A DNA stretch of 64,000 nucleotides. Source: Octopus vulgaris (Eukaryota). The position numbers and the translations under genes are program-made. The stretch spans positions 45,694,001 to 45,758,000 of the forward strand of contig OX597830.1 in the NCBI GenBank assembly GCA_951406725.2, given 5' to 3'. Under the pieces are notes generated by a model. That model was not told the origin of the DNA. It did no database searches and saw nothing but the letters and a program-made list of their open reading frames with translations. Shown here piece after piece: positions 52,790-64,000 of the stretch (the stretch's first letter is position 1; each line of letters opens with the position of its first letter).

Positions 52790-53735
52790 TTCCTCTATTC
52801 CTTACTAAATGTCTTTCCTTCTTCTTCATTGTTAAAAGTAAAGAAGCTAGAAAAGATCAATCATATTTCAGTCTAATTGCCATTGTAAATTTCCTTTCTC
52901 TGTCTCTATTGCTTCATTCCTTTTGTCTACGGTTAAGAGAGTGAAAGTGTGTGGGTCAGTGGTTAGGAGTATTTGGCCCACAATTGAAAAGTCATGAGTA
53001 CAATTCCCTGTGGCGCTCTGTGTTCTTGAGCAAGGTACTCTACTTCACCTTGCTGCAGTCCTTTCTGCTGGCAAAAAATGAGTTGTAGCTGTAATTCAGA
53101 GGGGCCAGCTCCCAGAGAACTACCTTATGACATGCGTGTCTGTGGAGTACTCAACCACTTGCGTGTTAATTTTACAAGCAGACTGTTCCATTGACCAGAT
53201 AAACAGGAACTTCGTAGGAATGCCATTATTTAAAAAAGTGAAAGAGGAAATGTTCCTCTATTCCTTACTAAATGTCTTTCCTTCTTCTTCATTGTTAAAA
53301 GTAAAGAAGCTAGAAAATATCAATCATATTTCAGTCTAATTGCCATTGTAAATTTCCTTTCTCTGTCTCTATTGCTTCATTCCTTTTGTCTACGGTTAAG
53401 AGAGTGAAAGTGTGTGGGTCAGTGGTTAGGAGTATTTGGCCCACAATTGAAAAGTCATGAGTACAATTCCCTGTGGCGCTCTGTGTTCTTGAGCAAGGTA
53501 CTCTACTTCACCTTGCTGCAGTCCTTTCTGCTGGCAAAAAATGAGTTGTAGCTGTAATTCAGAGGGGCCAGCTCCCAGAGAACTACCTTATGACATGCGT
53601 GTCTGTGGAGTACTCAACCACTTGCGTGTTAATTTTACAAGCAGACTGTTCCATTGACCAGATAAACAGGAACTTAGTCGTCGTAAACGAGGGAATGCCA
53701 TTATTTAAAAAAAGTGAAAGAAAAGGAAATGTTCC
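52790..53735 (+). repeat. Near-identical head-to-tail tandem duplication (period 463 bp; copies start at 52790 and 53253), each containing a SINE
   Basis: Copies are identical over about 420 bp except one visible substitution (gaaaagatc/gaaaatatc), with indels at the 3' end; SINE head gtcagtggttagg..gtgttcttgagcaagg. Confidence 0.95.
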
Positions 53736-55119
53736 ATATCGTAAGGCAAAAATGTCATGTGTTTAGTATAAGCAGTGAAAGCTGAGACAAAATAATTGCT
53801 ATTCCGTTGTGTAGTGATTTCGCCCTGGACTCATGCTCAGTTTGATAACAACAGCCTGTGCATCAGTGTTTATCTGGGGGCCTGGCCTCCACATTTGTAA
53901 GACCCACAAATACTGCTGTTTGGACTGGATTAACACCTATAGTGACCCTAATGACTAAAAAGATTTTCCTGCACCTATATAGGAACTTTTTTTTGTTTTC
54001 TTCCGACCACTTGAAGGTTTATCTTACTCCAGTCCACTCAGCTGGCCAAAATGAGTTGTAGCTGTAATTGAAGGGGGGCAGCCTAGTCATATTCTGTGTG
54101 AAGCTGAATCTCCCTGAGAAACCCATTAATGGTATGCATGTCTGTGGAGTACTCAGCCACTTGTGAGTTAATTTTATCCTCATGTGGTAATGAAAAGTGA
54201 AAGTAACATCCAATATTTGCTGTAGTTATTTGTCTTTAATTTAACAATGTGTCTATGTATCAACTTTTCTTCTGATCTATGTATCTACTTTTCTTTCGAT
54301 GCATGCATCAGTCTACTCTGAAAATACTGATAAACATTTTACCTCTCCCTCCAACTGTAGAAAAGTAACAGTAACGTTCACAACTATTTGCTGAGAGAGA
54401 GAGAGAGAAAGAGAGAGGCAGACAGACAGACAGAATAACTGTCAGACAGATAGATAGATAGGCAACATTTCTTTTTGCAATTTCCATATTTTCAATGCTT
54501 TTATCATATATCTTTGAAAACAAAAAGTCTTCCAGCGTTTTCTGTATGAGAATGGTTCCATTCTCTTTCACTATTATTCTCTATCCACTCTTTTCCTTCA
54601 AACCTCTATCATTTCTCCCTCCTTCTCACCCTCCCCTCTCTTTCCTCTATGTCTCCTTGCCTCTAACTATCCCCCTGTGTTCAATGCATTATATTTCTCT
54701 TACCTCTCAATGCTATCAATCCTCCCCCTTCAATCTCTCTCTCTTACTTTCTCTTCTTTGCTGCTTTAACTCTCACTTCAGCTATACTTCCTCTACTTCT
54801 GTCCCTCCCCTCTCTCCTGCTTTGCAACTCACTTCAAGTATACCTCCTCTGCTTAACACCTTTTATTTCTCTTTTTCTTTGTACCTCTCCTTTCAACCTT
54901 TTTACTTCTTCCTTTGAAGTGTGACACACACCACAGGTACGCACACAAAAAAACTAAGCGTATTAATATTATTAATACTTTGTATACACCACTGCCATAC
55001 AGGAAAAATAGTTTAATATTTTGAGAGATTTGAGGTAACAAAACAGTGAGAGCTTATAAGAAGATTTTGTGAGCAAAATGAAAGAAGAAAACCATTTCCT
55101 TTATTCTGAAAGTGTGTCT

Positions 55120-55548
55120 CACAGAGGCAACGACAAGTGACTGAGACCTTTGGTGATAGGCCATGCTTGAGAATACCCATTAAGCCAAGTGAAATCATAG
55201 TTGTGGCCAATGCCAGTATCATGTAACTTTGGGCCTCATGGAGTTAGTGACAGGTGACCAAGACCTTTGGCAATATACTATGCTTGTGTAAACCTGTCAA
55301 GCCAAGTGAGATTGCAGCCGTGGCTAATGCTAGGGTCAGGTCAATGGCACCTGTGCTGGTAGCGCGTAAAAAGCACCCACTACACTCTTGGAGTGGTTGG
55401 TGTTAGGAAGGGCATCTAGCCATGGAAACCTTGCCAGATCAGATTGGAACCTGGTGCATCCCTCCAGCTTACCAGTTTTCAGTCAAACCATCGAACCCAA
55501 GCCACCATGGAAAGCGGATATTAAATGATGATGATGTTGATGATGATG
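55120..55548 (+). mobile_element. RTE 3' tail with duplicated 5' segment
   Basis: Two gacctttgg..atgcttg..aagccaagtga units, then gagtggttggtgttaggaagggcatc..(gat)n. Confidence 0.85.
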
Positions 55549-55924
55549 TCAAAGGAATAACAATTTTATATTCCACAATGACACCAGAGAGGAACTTAAT
55601 GCAGGATACATTGGGCCATATGTAGTAGGGGTACCTCATTTTAGATAAATAAGAGTATTTATTATAGATAAATAAGAGATGCAAGAATTTATATATATTT
55701 ATAAGGATGCTTCTAGTATATGCAAAACCAAAGGAACTAGCTGATTGGTCAGTGGTTTGTATCCAATCCTTTGGGCACTATTTGCAAGGTTCAGATAATT
55801 TGTATAAGCTTGGTTCACCTAGACGTGAGAAAGTGTCACTAACTGGAATAGTGTGCTGGTGTAAAACTGATTTCTATTTTGTTATTGAAGGCTGGTCTCA
55901 AAATGTTGAACCTTACAAAAGAGA

Positions 55925-56185
55925 TAAGAGATGACCGAGATATGTGGGGTATTGCTGTACCCGAGAAGACCCACCCACCACAACAGAACTGAGATCCTAA
56001 AACCAAGGTGCCACACAAAAAGCACTCAGTACATTCTATGGAGTGGTTGGTGTTAGGAAGGGCATCCAGCCATAGAAACCAAGATAAAACAGACTATAGC
56101 AAGTGGTGCAGCTGCTGGCTTTGTCAGTTCCTGTCAAGCTGTCCAACCCATGCCAGCATGGAAAATGGGCGTTAAATGTTGATGA
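55925..56185 (+). mobile_element. RTE 3' tail
   Basis: gagtggttggtgttaggaagggcatccagc..gtccaacccatgccagcatggaaaa. Confidence 0.85.
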
Positions 56186-56489
56186 AGGTTTATTGTACAG
56201 TGGGTGTGAATTCATGAATTACTTCCGTTCCTCACATCATATCCCAATTACTCCCCCACCATCAGGGCCCACTCATTACATTCTCCTACCTATAGCTCCC
56301 ACTCCTTTCAAAATCTTACAAACTCTTTCACCCTCTATAAACCAAATTCCCTCTTTGTCACATCCTCACCATCTTTCTCTCTCCTCACTTTTTTCTTCTC
56401 CATCTGAGGTAGCCATGTTTCTCTTCTAATGCAAGACCTCTTTTCTGTCCCTCAGTACTACTCCTCCCCTCCCTGCCCGAGTCGAGGTG

Positions 56490-56680
56490 TCTTGTCCCTG
56501 CTACTGATGCCACATAAAAAGCACCCAGAACACTCTGTAAAGTGGTTGGCATTAGGAAAGGCCAACAACCATAAGCATCATGCCAAAACAGACAGTACAG
56601 TGCAGTCCACTGACTTGTCAGGTTTTGTCAAACCATCCCAACCATGACAGTATGGAAAATGGATGTTAAATGACAATGAT
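56490..56680 (+). mobile_element. RTE 3' tail preceded by a CT-rich tract
   Basis: aaaagcaccca..agtggttggcattaggaa..ccaaccatg.cag.atggaaaa. Confidence 0.8.
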
Positions 56681-58143
56681 AAAGGCTCTATTTAATTAAC
56701 ATCGTTTGCTTTAAATGATATCAACTCAAAATATCTATCATAGAAGCACCTATTATTTAAATTGAGTATAAGTATATTTATATTACAAAAATATCTATGG
56801 AAAGTAGATTTGAATTTTATTATACAAAATGCTAATACAATTATCTGGCTGCTTAGAAATTATTTATACTAAATTAGATGAAAAAAGGGACTGAATTACT
56901 ATCTCTTTTCCATGAAGGATAATTCCAAGATTTCATCATAACTATATCATTATATAAGTTATATTCTGTCTTTATGCAGTGTCCACTTTTCAACTCAAAA
57001 TTTCTTTCAAAACGATTCTCAATTGTTGATTTTTATGAAGTTTTGAAAATATGCGATTCAGATTTCTTAAAATTCCACATAATTCATTATGTTTTAATCT
57101 ATTTAGCATAGAACTGATTTGTTGGAAAGGATAATCAGAGATTGTATCAAATATACAAAGAATATCTATCATTAAACAAGAATTTTACTTGAATTTGAGA
57201 TCTACAATTTTTACATGCTTAGTCTGTATTAAACGTAAGTCTGACAAACATAAATAAGTTGTTGACAAACTGATAGAAAAAAAAGACTATTTTCCACCTG
57301 TGCTCTTTCACAATAAACTCAGTCTAAACTAAAATATTGTGCGTTGTAAGAAAGAACTGATGTCAGCAGATAGTAAGATTCGTGCAAAACTCACAGGTTT
57401 TGTTGTGACATAAAATTCATACTAAATATATAAGGGGTAGTAATTTGTTTAAATACAGAATTGCTTCCCTTGCTAAAGACAACTCAAAAATCATTTCATT
57501 CGCTAGTCAAAAAGGTTGGCCAAATATAATACAATGTAGTTATTTAATATTTATAATAAAATTTCTAATAGATTCTTTCACATTAACTTTATATAAAAAT
57601 GGTAACTTTTTAAAAAAAGTTTGTAAAAAAAAATAAAGACTTTTTGAGATAATGGGCATTTTCAAATTAATAAAATTGTGGTTAAAGATTAAGGGGACAC
57701 TTTGGCTACAGCTTCTTTTTTTTTTTACCTTGACTGCAACTGTTTTATATGTTTTTCAAAGTAAAATATCAGTGAACAAACACTAGAAAGTTAATCAACA
57801 TTAAATACTAATTTTAAGCTCTCAACAATAAGAGAATGTCATCAGATTTAATAACAAGAGTGAAATAAGTGTTGCGACAAAGCAATGACTAATGCTGCTT
57901 TATTAATTTCTATAGCACATCAGACAAGTTCTTTGCCTTATTCTGGAGCCACCAGTAAGGTTTAGCTTCACTCAAGATTGCCAAAGTGACAGTAAATGAA
58001 TCACTAAATAGATATATAATGAAGCGCATATTTATTGGCTAAGAAAATTTACAGTTGTTGAGAAATTTTTTAAATTCCAACATGATATTCACGTAATGTG
58101 AAGAAACATTAAAAAAGCTAAAATCGAATAAATTTTGCTTTAA

Positions 58144-58360
58144 CTCTGTAGCATTTAAAATTATTCTGTCCAAATGTGATGCTTATTTAAGCACATTGTT
58201 TTGAATTAATCAAACATTATCTGGTAGCTATGAGAGTTTGATGATGTGAGTCTTTACTTTTAGAATGATATTGTAGAGTAGGTGGAAGAGACACGGCCAG
58301 TTTGAACAGGAAACAGGCAGAATATTTGGACCTGGTGTGACTAATTTAAATGCTATAGTG
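58144..58360. mobile_element. piggyBac-type MITE (217 bp)
   Basis: TTAA on both sides (58140-58143, 58361-58364); imperfect TIR ctctgtagcatttaaa / tttaaatgctatagtg. Confidence 0.8.
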
Positions 58361-58368
58361 TTAAGGGA

Positions 58369-58645
58369 TCATCATCATCATCATCATCATTTAGCGTCCG
58401 CTTTCCATGCTAGCATGGGTTGGACGGTTCAACTGGGGCCTGTGAAGCTGGAAGGCTTCGTCAGGCCCAGTCAGATCTGGCAGTGTTTCTACGGCTGGAT
58501 GCCCTTCCTAACGCCAACCACTCCATGAGTGTAGTGGGTGCTTTTTACGTGCCACCACCGGCACGGGGCCAGGCGATGCTGGCAACGGACACGAACGGAT
58601 GGTGCTTTTACGTGCCACCGACACGGGGGCCAGACAGAGCTGGCA
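58369..58645 (-). mobile_element. RTE 3' tail (CpG-rich, probably young copy)
   Basis: (cat)n..ttccatgctagcatgggttggacgg..gctggatgcccttcctaacgccaaccactc; internal repeat ggtgctttt.acgtgccacc twice. Confidence 0.9.
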
Positions 58646-60852
58646 AAAGGAAAAACAAAAAGAAACAACCTAACCTGTTATAACTGTATAAATACAAGAA
58701 TTGGTGCCAGTACTAATATAATACAGGTAGTAAACCTGCCTATGTCTAATAAACCATCAAAGAAGTCTACTGTCTATGTTTTATGTTGGCTCTGGTCAAA
58801 AGATTCCATCCTTAATTAGGTTCTTCTTTATATACAACATAACAAAACAAATCTATTAATCAGATGAAAGTGAGTTTGAACTTTTTCATTCAACTTATCA
58901 ACTAATTAATTAATGAAATCAGGTTAACAACTATATTTCCAAAACACCTTGCAGATATTTATGGATCATGGATTATCATGAAGAGTAGTGGACTAAAGAC
59001 AGAACCTGGCTGGACACTTAACAGCAATCTAAATGCTTTAACACTTAGTCATGACTTCAACTATAATTGGAAACATTCAGTCATGCATAACGTCCATCAG
59101 CCTATAAAATGTAGGAACCCATCAAAAGATTTCTTAAATCAGCAAATGCAAACACCTGTTGTTTGGTCTTAATTAAAAATATCTCCAGCACCAGAAGTTA
59201 GCCACCTTTAGTTTCCAATGCAGTTGCAAACCCAGCAGCACTGAACATGCATGCAAAATTACATCCATATACACAGGTACACTGGTGCATGCATGTACTT
59301 CTAAATAAATAACAAATATGTATTTAAAAAACCCTCCCCCAAGTTAGTTACATGTGCTATTAATAGAAATGAAATATTAATTTATCTTCAGTAACCTTGC
59401 TTCTATCTTATCAAGCATACTTATATGAATACCAATTGAAAATCACCGAGAACAATACATCTCGATAATAATAAGCACAAGGCCTGAAATTTTGGGGGAG
59501 GGAACTGATCAATTACATCACCCCCACTGCTTGACTGATAATAGTCTGCACACCTGAGTAAACCAGCATAAACCACATCTGTATTATCTTACTGTTAGAT
59601 GTGAAGTGTGACAAAAAATCTCCCCGAGTCCTATTAATTTCTCCTAAGTTTTGAGATTAACAAGTAAAATTTATTGAATCCAAGATTAGCATCAGTTATA
59701 TTGCCAAGGATTCATTGCATAAACATTCATTGCAGGTGACAAAATATTTTAATGTAAATTACCCCAAAACAATAAGAGCAAGAAGTATAATTCAACTTGA
59801 TGGAGAGTCATATGAAATTATGAGAAAATTTTAAAAGTAATTGCTGTATTTTCTTCTTATACATAGTAAATAAGTTTTTACTTCAATAGAATCACATGAT
59901 GACAATGAGCCTTTCATTCAAAGTTTATAATGTGAACCAGGTGAAAATATTGATACCATTTAAAGGTCTTCCTGGTTGGAAAAACTTATAGAGAAATTCA
60001 CCAAAAACGATGTGGTAATATTCTTGAAGTTAGGGAATAAAATGTGCTAAAGGAAGTGGTTGTAGAATGAAACAATATTAGATTTACTATCGTTTAATAT
60101 TTAGATAAACCATTCAAAAACGAGACAAGAAAATCTATCTTTCAAATATTATCAACCACTGAAATATATTCTGAGAATTCACTGAAGAGTAAATGGAGAG
60201 ATAAATTGTGAGTTGATTAGGACTGCTTTTGTTATATTCAAGAATTTGCAATAAAAGCACCAGACTAAGACATTTATATACAATCTATCGGGTTTTCTAT
60301 ATTTGTAAATTTGAAATTCTATATTTCTGATATTTGATTTAAAAAAAATAATAAATTTAGCCTCACCAGTTTTTGCAGGTGTAAAGCATTATAAGTCATG
60401 ACGATAATGATGATAACGACTAACTTATCACATTTGCCAGTAGATAATTTTGAAAAAAAATTCTTGTAAGATTAATGCTTTTGATCATTTCACTTAGCCA
60501 TCATTAATGATTCCAGATGAGAAGTAACTTGAAAGAATTTCAGCAACACACTTAAGAGTTTACACTTTAACATAACATTTCTTTCTAAACAAGCAATGAC
60601 ATCCAGTTTTCTACACTAGCATAAGATAGTTGCATATACAACATTAGAAATAATCCAAGTAAAATAACTTAAGAAGGATAGATGGAAAAGAATACCAATA
60701 AAAGTGAGATTTTTTTTCTTATTTGATCTCTCACTTCTGACATTTCATAGAAATGTATTAAACTGCTGCTAATGCCAAAACACTGAGTATTGATAATACA
60801 AAAGTATGAAACAAAAAGAAAAGATTAACAAAAACACTTATGTGTTACTTAC

Positions 60853-61100
60853 TTGTGCTAAACTATGAGCACTGCTGTTTGGTGTACCAGTAGTGGTGAC
60901 CAGTGTCCCCGAACTGGAGGTTGACTGGCTGCTAGTACTGTGGCTATCATAAGGTTTCGATTGAAAGTAAGTCCTTTGTGAATGATTAGGTGTGCTTGGT
61001 AATGTGGAAGCAGACGTTGAAGTGGTAGAGGTACCAGCAGCAGCTGCACTTACAGATGCTAAAATTTGGGGATACCTGGTCTGAACAATTTTCTGGCAAG
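60853..61100 (-). CDS. AGAP1: AGAP coding exon (248 nt, phase 1/0): end of the GTPase-like domain plus Ser/Thr-rich linker, (A)CQKIVQTRYPQILAS..PSTPNHSQR..SAHSLAQ
   Basis: Acceptor tgttttttaatatttcag and donor CAA|gtaagt; ACQKIV corresponds to AGAP ..VFQDVAQKIV and LPSTPNHS to LP.SPSHS. Confidence 0.9.
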
Positions 61101-61630
61101 CTGAAATATTAAAAAACATAAATAAATGAATAAATAAGTGTGCACCTGTGGGCGTTTGTACACATGTGTATGACTGTGTTAAAAAATTATATCAATAAAT
61201 CATAAAAGTTGAAAAAATTAAACAGAAATAATTCAACTTAGAATAGGATTGTGACATTATTAACATAATTATTTCCAATTAAGAGAAGTTAGTTTTAAAG
61301 TTGCCATCATAACAATTGATATTTGAATGCTTTCAAGTGAACTTTAATACTAGTTTAATAATTACCCAAAAAAAAAATGTTTATCTATTTGCAATATCAT
61401 CTAAAAGTACAATAAAAATTTTAACAATTGCATAACAATGATGATAATTATTTGTTATCAGTTACAAGTGAATTCAGCAATTTAGTCTGCATTAAGTTTG
61501 TATCAGGGGTAGGTTATTGTGATTGGTAAAATCAAAGACACCAAGCAAGTATATATATATATATATATATATATCAACTGACAATGTTAAATATGAAAAC
61601 TAATTACAAGTTAAAATCATTTACACTTAA

Positions 61631-62092
61631 GAGTGTAAATGATTTAAGAGGAAAACTGGGTACAAGAGGCATGAGATGTTGTGCGCAAGAGAGAAGGCGA
61701 CTGTGCTGGTTTGGTCATGAGATGCGGATGGATGAGGACAGCTGCATAAAGAAGTGGTGAGCTCTAATTGTGGGGGGTAGCTGAGGAAGGGATAGACTCA
61801 GGAAGATGTGGGATGAGGTGGTGAGAAAGGATCTTCGGACATTGGGTCTCACTGAGGAAATGACAAGGGATGACCTGTGCCGGTCTGTGTAAATGCACCA
61901 GTGCCGGTGGCATGTAAAAAGCACCCAGCACATTGTTAAGTGGTTGGCATTAGGAAGGGCATCCAGCTGTAGAAACCATGCCACAACAGACAATTGTAGT
62001 CTGGACAGCTCCCGTCCTTGCCAGCTTCATGTCAACCCGTCCAACCCATGCCAGTATAGAAAGCAGACATTAAACGACAATGGTGATGATGA
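61631..62092 (+). mobile_element. 5'-truncated RTE LINE (ORF end plus 3' tail)
   Basis: Colinear with 23133-23380 (gcaagagaga..cgactgtgctggt.tggtcatg..ggatgagga.agctg), then the shared tail. Confidence 0.88.
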
Positions 62093-62601
62093 ATTACAGC
62101 TTAATAATTCAACTTCAGTCCTAAGAATATACTTTGGGTTTCTGCTGGAATTGATTGCAAATGCTAAATCAAAAATGTATTTTCTGTGATGGAAATCCTC
62201 ATTGATGAAGTTACTGTAAAAAGGAATACGAAGAGAGAAAGAATGGATCATAAGAAATGGTAAATTCAAATATGAAACCAACCAGTATGGAGAAAGCTAA
62301 TCAAGCTACACCAAAGCCATAAACAGTCATAGTTGTGACAAACCGACTGCAGATAACAACATAACAACAAGAGAGAGAATTTCATTTGGGTAAGTTAAGA
62401 AAGTCTACAAGAAAGTTGACAGATTATCAGCAAACAACTATTAACATTTTATGAAAATTGCTTGTAAGAGCTAAAGAAGTATCAGTTACTTTGTCAGCCC
62501 AGTGTAATTAAATTGCTTACAGCTCAAAAGATGAAAATTCTTTATCACAAAACTTCCATACTTTGGAAGAGACAATCTATGTGGATCATAATGAGGAAGT
62601 A

Positions 62602-62830
62602 CAGGGGTTGGACAAAATAATGGAAACACCTTAAAATTTCAAACAAATTTATTTTAGTATGGGGTAGGACTGCCTTTGGCAGTAATTACAACTTGAATTC
62701 TATGAGGTATGGACTTGTACAAAGTTTGAATTGTTTGCAAAGGAATTTTTGTCCATTCTTCAGCTAAAACAGTCTCCAGTTCTTGTAGTAATGATGATGG
62801 AGGATATTGACTCCTTACTTGTTTTCTACC
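62602..62830 (-). mobile_element. Tc1-family transposon 3' fragment
   Basis: TA followed by CAGGGGTTGGACAAAATAATGGAAACACC terminal repeat; transposase C-terminus LQELETVLAEEWTKIPLQTIQTLYKSIPHRIQVVITAKGSPTPY*. Confidence 0.9.
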
Positions 62831-63189
62831 ATAAATGTTTACTAGAAAACTATATCTAAAAAATTTTACACAATTTTTCAAAGTGACAATTTCAAATATA
62901 TATTAGGACAAAATGTTATGGATGATTAGCTAGTGAAGGATCTGTAAATTTCAATTCCTGTCTTCTTGTCTGATGTGATCAATAACAATGGTCACCATAG
63001 AAACATTATTATTATTATTATTAGTTGTGCAGATGATTCAGTAGAAATAACCCCAAACTCAATGAATATCTCCTTAAACTCAATAAAAAGCAATCTTTAT
63101 TATAAAATAGCAGAAAAGATACAGAAAATCGGAAAGTGGTATACCTCAGTTTACTAGAAACATATCAATGAGTAATTAAATGTGGTAAC

Positions 63190-63385
63190 AAGGCACAAGA
63201 CTTGAAATTTGGGGGATGGGGGCTAATTGATTACATCAACCCTAATGTTGAACTGGTACTTACTTTGTCAACCCCAAAAGTATGAAAGGCAAAGTCAACC
63301 TTGGTAGAATCATAACCCAGAAGGGAAAGACAGACAAAATATTTAGTGGCATTTTGTTTGGCTTGTTAACAATTCTGCCAGACAC
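63190..63385 (-). mobile_element. SINE (family A)
   Basis: aggcacaag..tgaaattt..aactggtact..atgaaaggcaaagtc.acctt..aaagacagac, as in 17341-17557. Confidence 0.8.
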
Positions 63386-64000
63386 TTATAAAAGAAAATG
63401 TATGTGTATAATTTTCCTTAGAGATAAATATAAAACATTATCATGTATATATTATTTCACAAGAATTACCAAAGTTCCTGGTTGGAGTAGGAATCTTTCG
63501 AAATGATGCAACATTGAAAAATAGAATTTGTATAATGATAAGTTAAACTTAACTACTAGCAAGGACACAGTATTTCGTTTTGCAACCACAGGTATATCAG
63601 TTTCGATTTTTAGCACAAGGCCAAGATACTACCAAGTATATTAAAGGCTTACAAGGCAAATACTGTGTTTTAAATGTTAATTAGTAGCAAGGTTAATTAG
63701 AAAATGTCATAACTCATAGTGCTGGCTCAGAATTCTATAGAAAATCTATAGCTTTTAACTTAAAAAGAAGTCTGAGGTCGTTTGTAGCCAAAACTTATAT
63801 CAAATTTCTTTAAAGTCCAAAACGTTTAACAAAACTTATTCAATCATGTTTTACAATGAACAAATATTATTTTTCTCACTCTAAAAGTTTGAATGATATA
63901 GAAAACTATACATAACAGCTCTTCTGATAGTCCTTTGCTGTCTAGACTCACTTCTAAATTTTCCTTCTTCTTTCAAGCTGTGTTATGAACATATGAATAA

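Noticed and set aside
52935-53060. tRNA gene-like A/B boxes
   Set aside because: SINE heads continuing into SINE core; no cloverleaf evident
54495-54917. 140-aa Leu/Ser/Pro-rich ORF
   Set aside because: Low-complexity CT tract lacking stops by composition

Overview
AT-rich eukaryotic genomic DNA, most likely an octopus. This is inferred from the repeat landscape: RTE-LINE 3' tails ending in (GAT)n, tRNA-derived SINEs, TTAA-flanked MITEs and dense (TA)n/(CA)n arrays. The whole window lies inside one large minus-strand gene, an AGAP1/3-like / Centaurin-gamma-1A gene (Arf-GAP with GTPase, PH and ankyrin domains). Five confident exons can be read (60853-61100, 45023-45145, 39967-40065, 7653-7739, 771-839). 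They run from the end of the GTPase-like domain (..ACQKIV) through the linker to the start of the PH domain (..RRRSNLF..GSGRVIPIKQ). There are also several candidate phase-0 cassette exons and candidate internal first exons. The introns hold decayed RTE, CR1/L2-like, R4/Dong-like and Penelope-like retroelements, mariner/Tc1 fossils, piggyBac-type MITEs, fold-back elements and local duplications. Almost all entries in the ORF track are spurious. The best leads are a modular all-phase-0 linker with an apparently duplicated STPxxxRKN[KR]R exon, possible GTPase-less isoforms from internal start exons, repeat pairs bracketing individual exons, and two minimal hammerhead-like motifs. No new system can be claimed with certainty from sequence alone.
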